Positions 61,396 to 63,537 of a stretch of 63,537 bases of DNA are shown here, piece after piece. A program made the position numbers and the translations under genes. The stretch is taken from contig JALGVJ010000022.1 of NCBI GenBank assembly GCA_029838195.1, positions 1-63,537 on the forward strand, written 5' to 3'. The stretch is from Promethearchaeota archaeon (GTDB taxonomy: Archaea; Asgardarchaeota; Lokiarchaeia; Sigyniarchaeales; SOKP01). How positions within the stretch are numbered: the first letter of the stretch is position 1; every line of letters starts with the position of its first letter. The notes under the pieces are model-generated. The model did not search any database. It saw only the letters and a list, made by a program, of their open reading frames with translations, and was not told where the DNA came from.

Positions 61396-62598
61396 TTAAG
61401 GATAATTTCGATTTAAAAAGAAATAAATCCCTAAAGAGGCGATAGCAGTCGCGACGAGTAACGCATAGAGAATTAATATGGCTCCGGGAAAAGAAAGAAA
61501 AATGAATGAAGTAATGAGAGTAATTGAATTATATACACCATGAGTAATAACCACGGCAATTAAATTTTCTTTTCGCCACGTGTAAGTTAGCCCGAGTAAA
61601 AGAGAAATGGCTAAATAAGGCATGAATAACAATATGAAGAGGATCATGAATACGAACACGCTCTCAAAGAGGTATAAAAATAGAGTTATGAGATGAATGA
61701 AGGCAAAAATCAAGGCTGTAATTAAGAGACCTGCTTTTTTCCCAATGCTTCGCATTAATCCTTTTTGCATATATCCTCTAAATAAAATTTCCTCCGTTGG
61801 CCCGACAATAACTATCATCATCACAGCCATTAAAATTAAACTGAGTATATCTGCTCCGGATATGAGAATTTCGGCATCATTTGAAGGCACGCTTGCGCTT
61901 TCTTCCACGATTTCTATATTAAAAATGAACTCTAACAACAGTTCCGTCGAAATTGATACGATTCCTACCAAAAAGACCCCAATAACAGCAAATCCTAAGC
62001 CAATTAAGATTTCCTTTATTATTCCGATTCGATCATAGCCTCTCGTGGTAAATCCTAAAATGATCAAGCTATTTTTAAAACTGGGGGTCTGGAGATAAGT
62101 TCGAGAATGTACTATGGGAAAAATGATTAATAACAATTCAAATAAGGTACTTAAAATGATAAAATAGGGACTGTTTAACATGTTTAAAAGGGCATTTAAA
62201 TCCAGCGTAAAAAGTACTAATAAAATGAGAAATCCAAATAAAATAACGTTCATTAGGATGAACGCTAATATGGGAAATCCGATTGAAGCTAAAGGCCCCC
62301 ACAATTTTATTTCTTTATTTTCTAAAATTTCCTCTACTGTAAATTTAGGTTTAAAGGCACGAGGGGGCGCATGGGGGGGATAATAAATAGTACCGGTAGG
62401 AGGTGGAGAATAGGGTTGAGCTGTTGATGAAAAAGTAAATCCCGGTGGTAATTGTTTATTTTCTTTCAAGTAAATGAGATCAAGCCCGCAATTAACGCAA
62501 AAACGCAGATTATTAATTTCAGGTAATTTTATCCCGCAGACCGGGCAATATTTCCAAATAATTCCATCCTTTCTAGAGGTATTTTCAGAGTTGGTCAT
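61396..62598 (-). CDS. CPBP/Abi (CAAX type II) intramembrane protease with N-terminal Zn ribbon and Pro-rich linker
   Basis: CPVCG...CVNCG; EEILFRG, FAFIH, HGVYN. Confidence 0.9.
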   Translation of the reverse strand: MTNSENTSRKDGIIWKYCPVCGIKLPEINNLRFCVNCGLDLIYLKENKQLPPGFTFSSTAQPYSPPPTGTIYYPPHAPPRAFKPKFTVEEILENKEIKLWGPLASIGFPILAFILMNVILFGFLILLVLFTLDLNALLNMLNSPYFIILSTLFELLLIIFPIVHSRTYLQTPSFKNSLIILGFTTRGYDRIGIIKEILIGLGFAVIGVFLVGIVSISTELLLEFIFNIEIVEESASVPSNDAEILISGADILSLILMAVMMIVIVGPTEEILFRGYMQKGLMRSIGKKAGLLITALIFAFIHLITLFLYLFESVFVFMILFILLFMPYLAISLLLGLTYTWRKENLIAVVITHGVYNSITLITSFIFLSFPGAILILYALLVATAIASLGIYFFLNRNYP

Positions 62599-62894
62599 TT
62601 CTAAGTAAGATAAAGGATTTAAGATAATAATATTTTTAGATTAATTTTTATAAAAATGGGAGAATTCAAGAAGTAAAAAAATAATGTGATTTGATATAAG
62701 ATTTTTATTCCGATAGGGATAATTAAATGCCTCTTAACCCGAGATAAGTGAAAATGGGATGGGTTGCAATTCCAATTCTTAAAAGAATTACCTATTAGGC
62801 AGGCGCAATCAATCAATCCATTGCTATCGTGTATTTCTTTTTTTATAAAATTGTGGATATTTCTCTACCCCAAGTTCATACTGAAAACGAAATT

Positions 62895-63430
62895 TCACGT
62901 TACTGGTTTTAGACCAACAAAGATGAACAAGCTATAGACAACCATGCCCGCCCGAATGAAAATAAGACCAACCCCCGGAGCTATCAAGCTATTTAAAACC
63001 CCACAAACAACGAATATAATAAAACCTAATGAGAGAGAAAGAAATTTCTTTCGTAATAAACCAGTGGATTGCCTATTCTTAATGAAACATCCAATTCCAT
63101 TAAAGAAGAGGTTCGAAAGTAAAAAGATGATAATTAAAATGAACGTGGGACTGCCTGTAACAAAATTAACATCGCTTAATTCTTCTTGAGGATTTTCTAA
63201 ACTGATATTAAAAGAGGCCTGGGGAAAAGCAAATAAAAAGATCTCAAATATTAAAGCTAATACAAGATATATTCCCAAAATTAACCGTTTTCTTTTCAGC
63301 TCTAAAAGATTTACTCCTAGATACATGGCTAATAAGACGGCGGGAGCTACCCAACAATAGGCGAGAATTCCTTGCAATCTATAGAAAGGATCTAAATGTT
63401 GAGAGAAAATGATGAATGAGAGAATGAGTT
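62895..63430 (-). pseudogene. Multi-pass membrane protein, probably 5'-interrupted by the terminal element
   Basis: Hydrophobic frame continues upstream of 63377 (LSFIIFSQHLDPFYRL) until GC-richer sequence at about 63433. Confidence 0.55.
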
Positions 63431-63432
63431 CT

Positions 63433-63537
63433 TGGCATCATCGTCAGCTTCGAGAATGCCTCAAGGAATTTCCCTGGCTCCGCCCTTATAGGCGCACGGT
63501 GGTGAAATTTTATTATCAATTTCGGCTTCCTCCCGAG
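63433..63537. mobile_element. Possible IS terminus at the window end
   Basis: Abrupt GC increase beginning GGCATCATCGTCAG; interrupts a coding frame; lies at the window edge. Confidence 0.35.

Overview
AT-rich archaeal contig, most consistent with an Asgard archaeon (Lokiarchaeia-like). This is an inference from the thermosome, XPB-Bax1, HdrABC, a small GTPase, GGTGA/GGAGG Shine-Dalgarno motifs, oligo-T terminators and frequent TTG/GTG starts. Both ends appear to run into GC-richer mobile-element DNA. The left end is the 3' end of a TnpB-like gene whose RuvC-III Asp appears to be replaced by His, inserted into parA. The right end is a probable IS end interrupting a membrane-protein gene. Main content: (i) a nucleic-acid processing cluster with a UvrD/helicase-IV-nuclease-Zn-finger fusion, a Zn-ribbon-NYN protein and two divergent beta-CASP/RNase J-like nucleases; (ii) an Lrp-flanked sulfur-relay locus with tusA, a dsrE2-like gene, intact dsrEFH, and a collapsed second dsrE/H and tusA copy; (iii) a 1400-aa ABC permease with two ATPases; (iv) XPB-Bax1, with a probable ATA start for bax1; (v) an hdrA(x2)-mvhD/hdrC/hdrB/metV/metF/lrp operon resembling the acetogen Hdr-coupled methylene-THF reductase; (vi) housekeeping and catabolic genes (PEPCK, thermosome, TPP enzyme plus Zn-ADH with TetR and its operator, GH3, three GPH-family MFS transporters, dipeptidase, MtxX, CAAX protease). 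Twice, a cargo gene lies between an intact gene and a degenerate direct-repeat copy of that gene's 3' end. No rRNA, tRNA or CRISPR array was recognised. All family assignments are by eye from motifs; no database searches were run.
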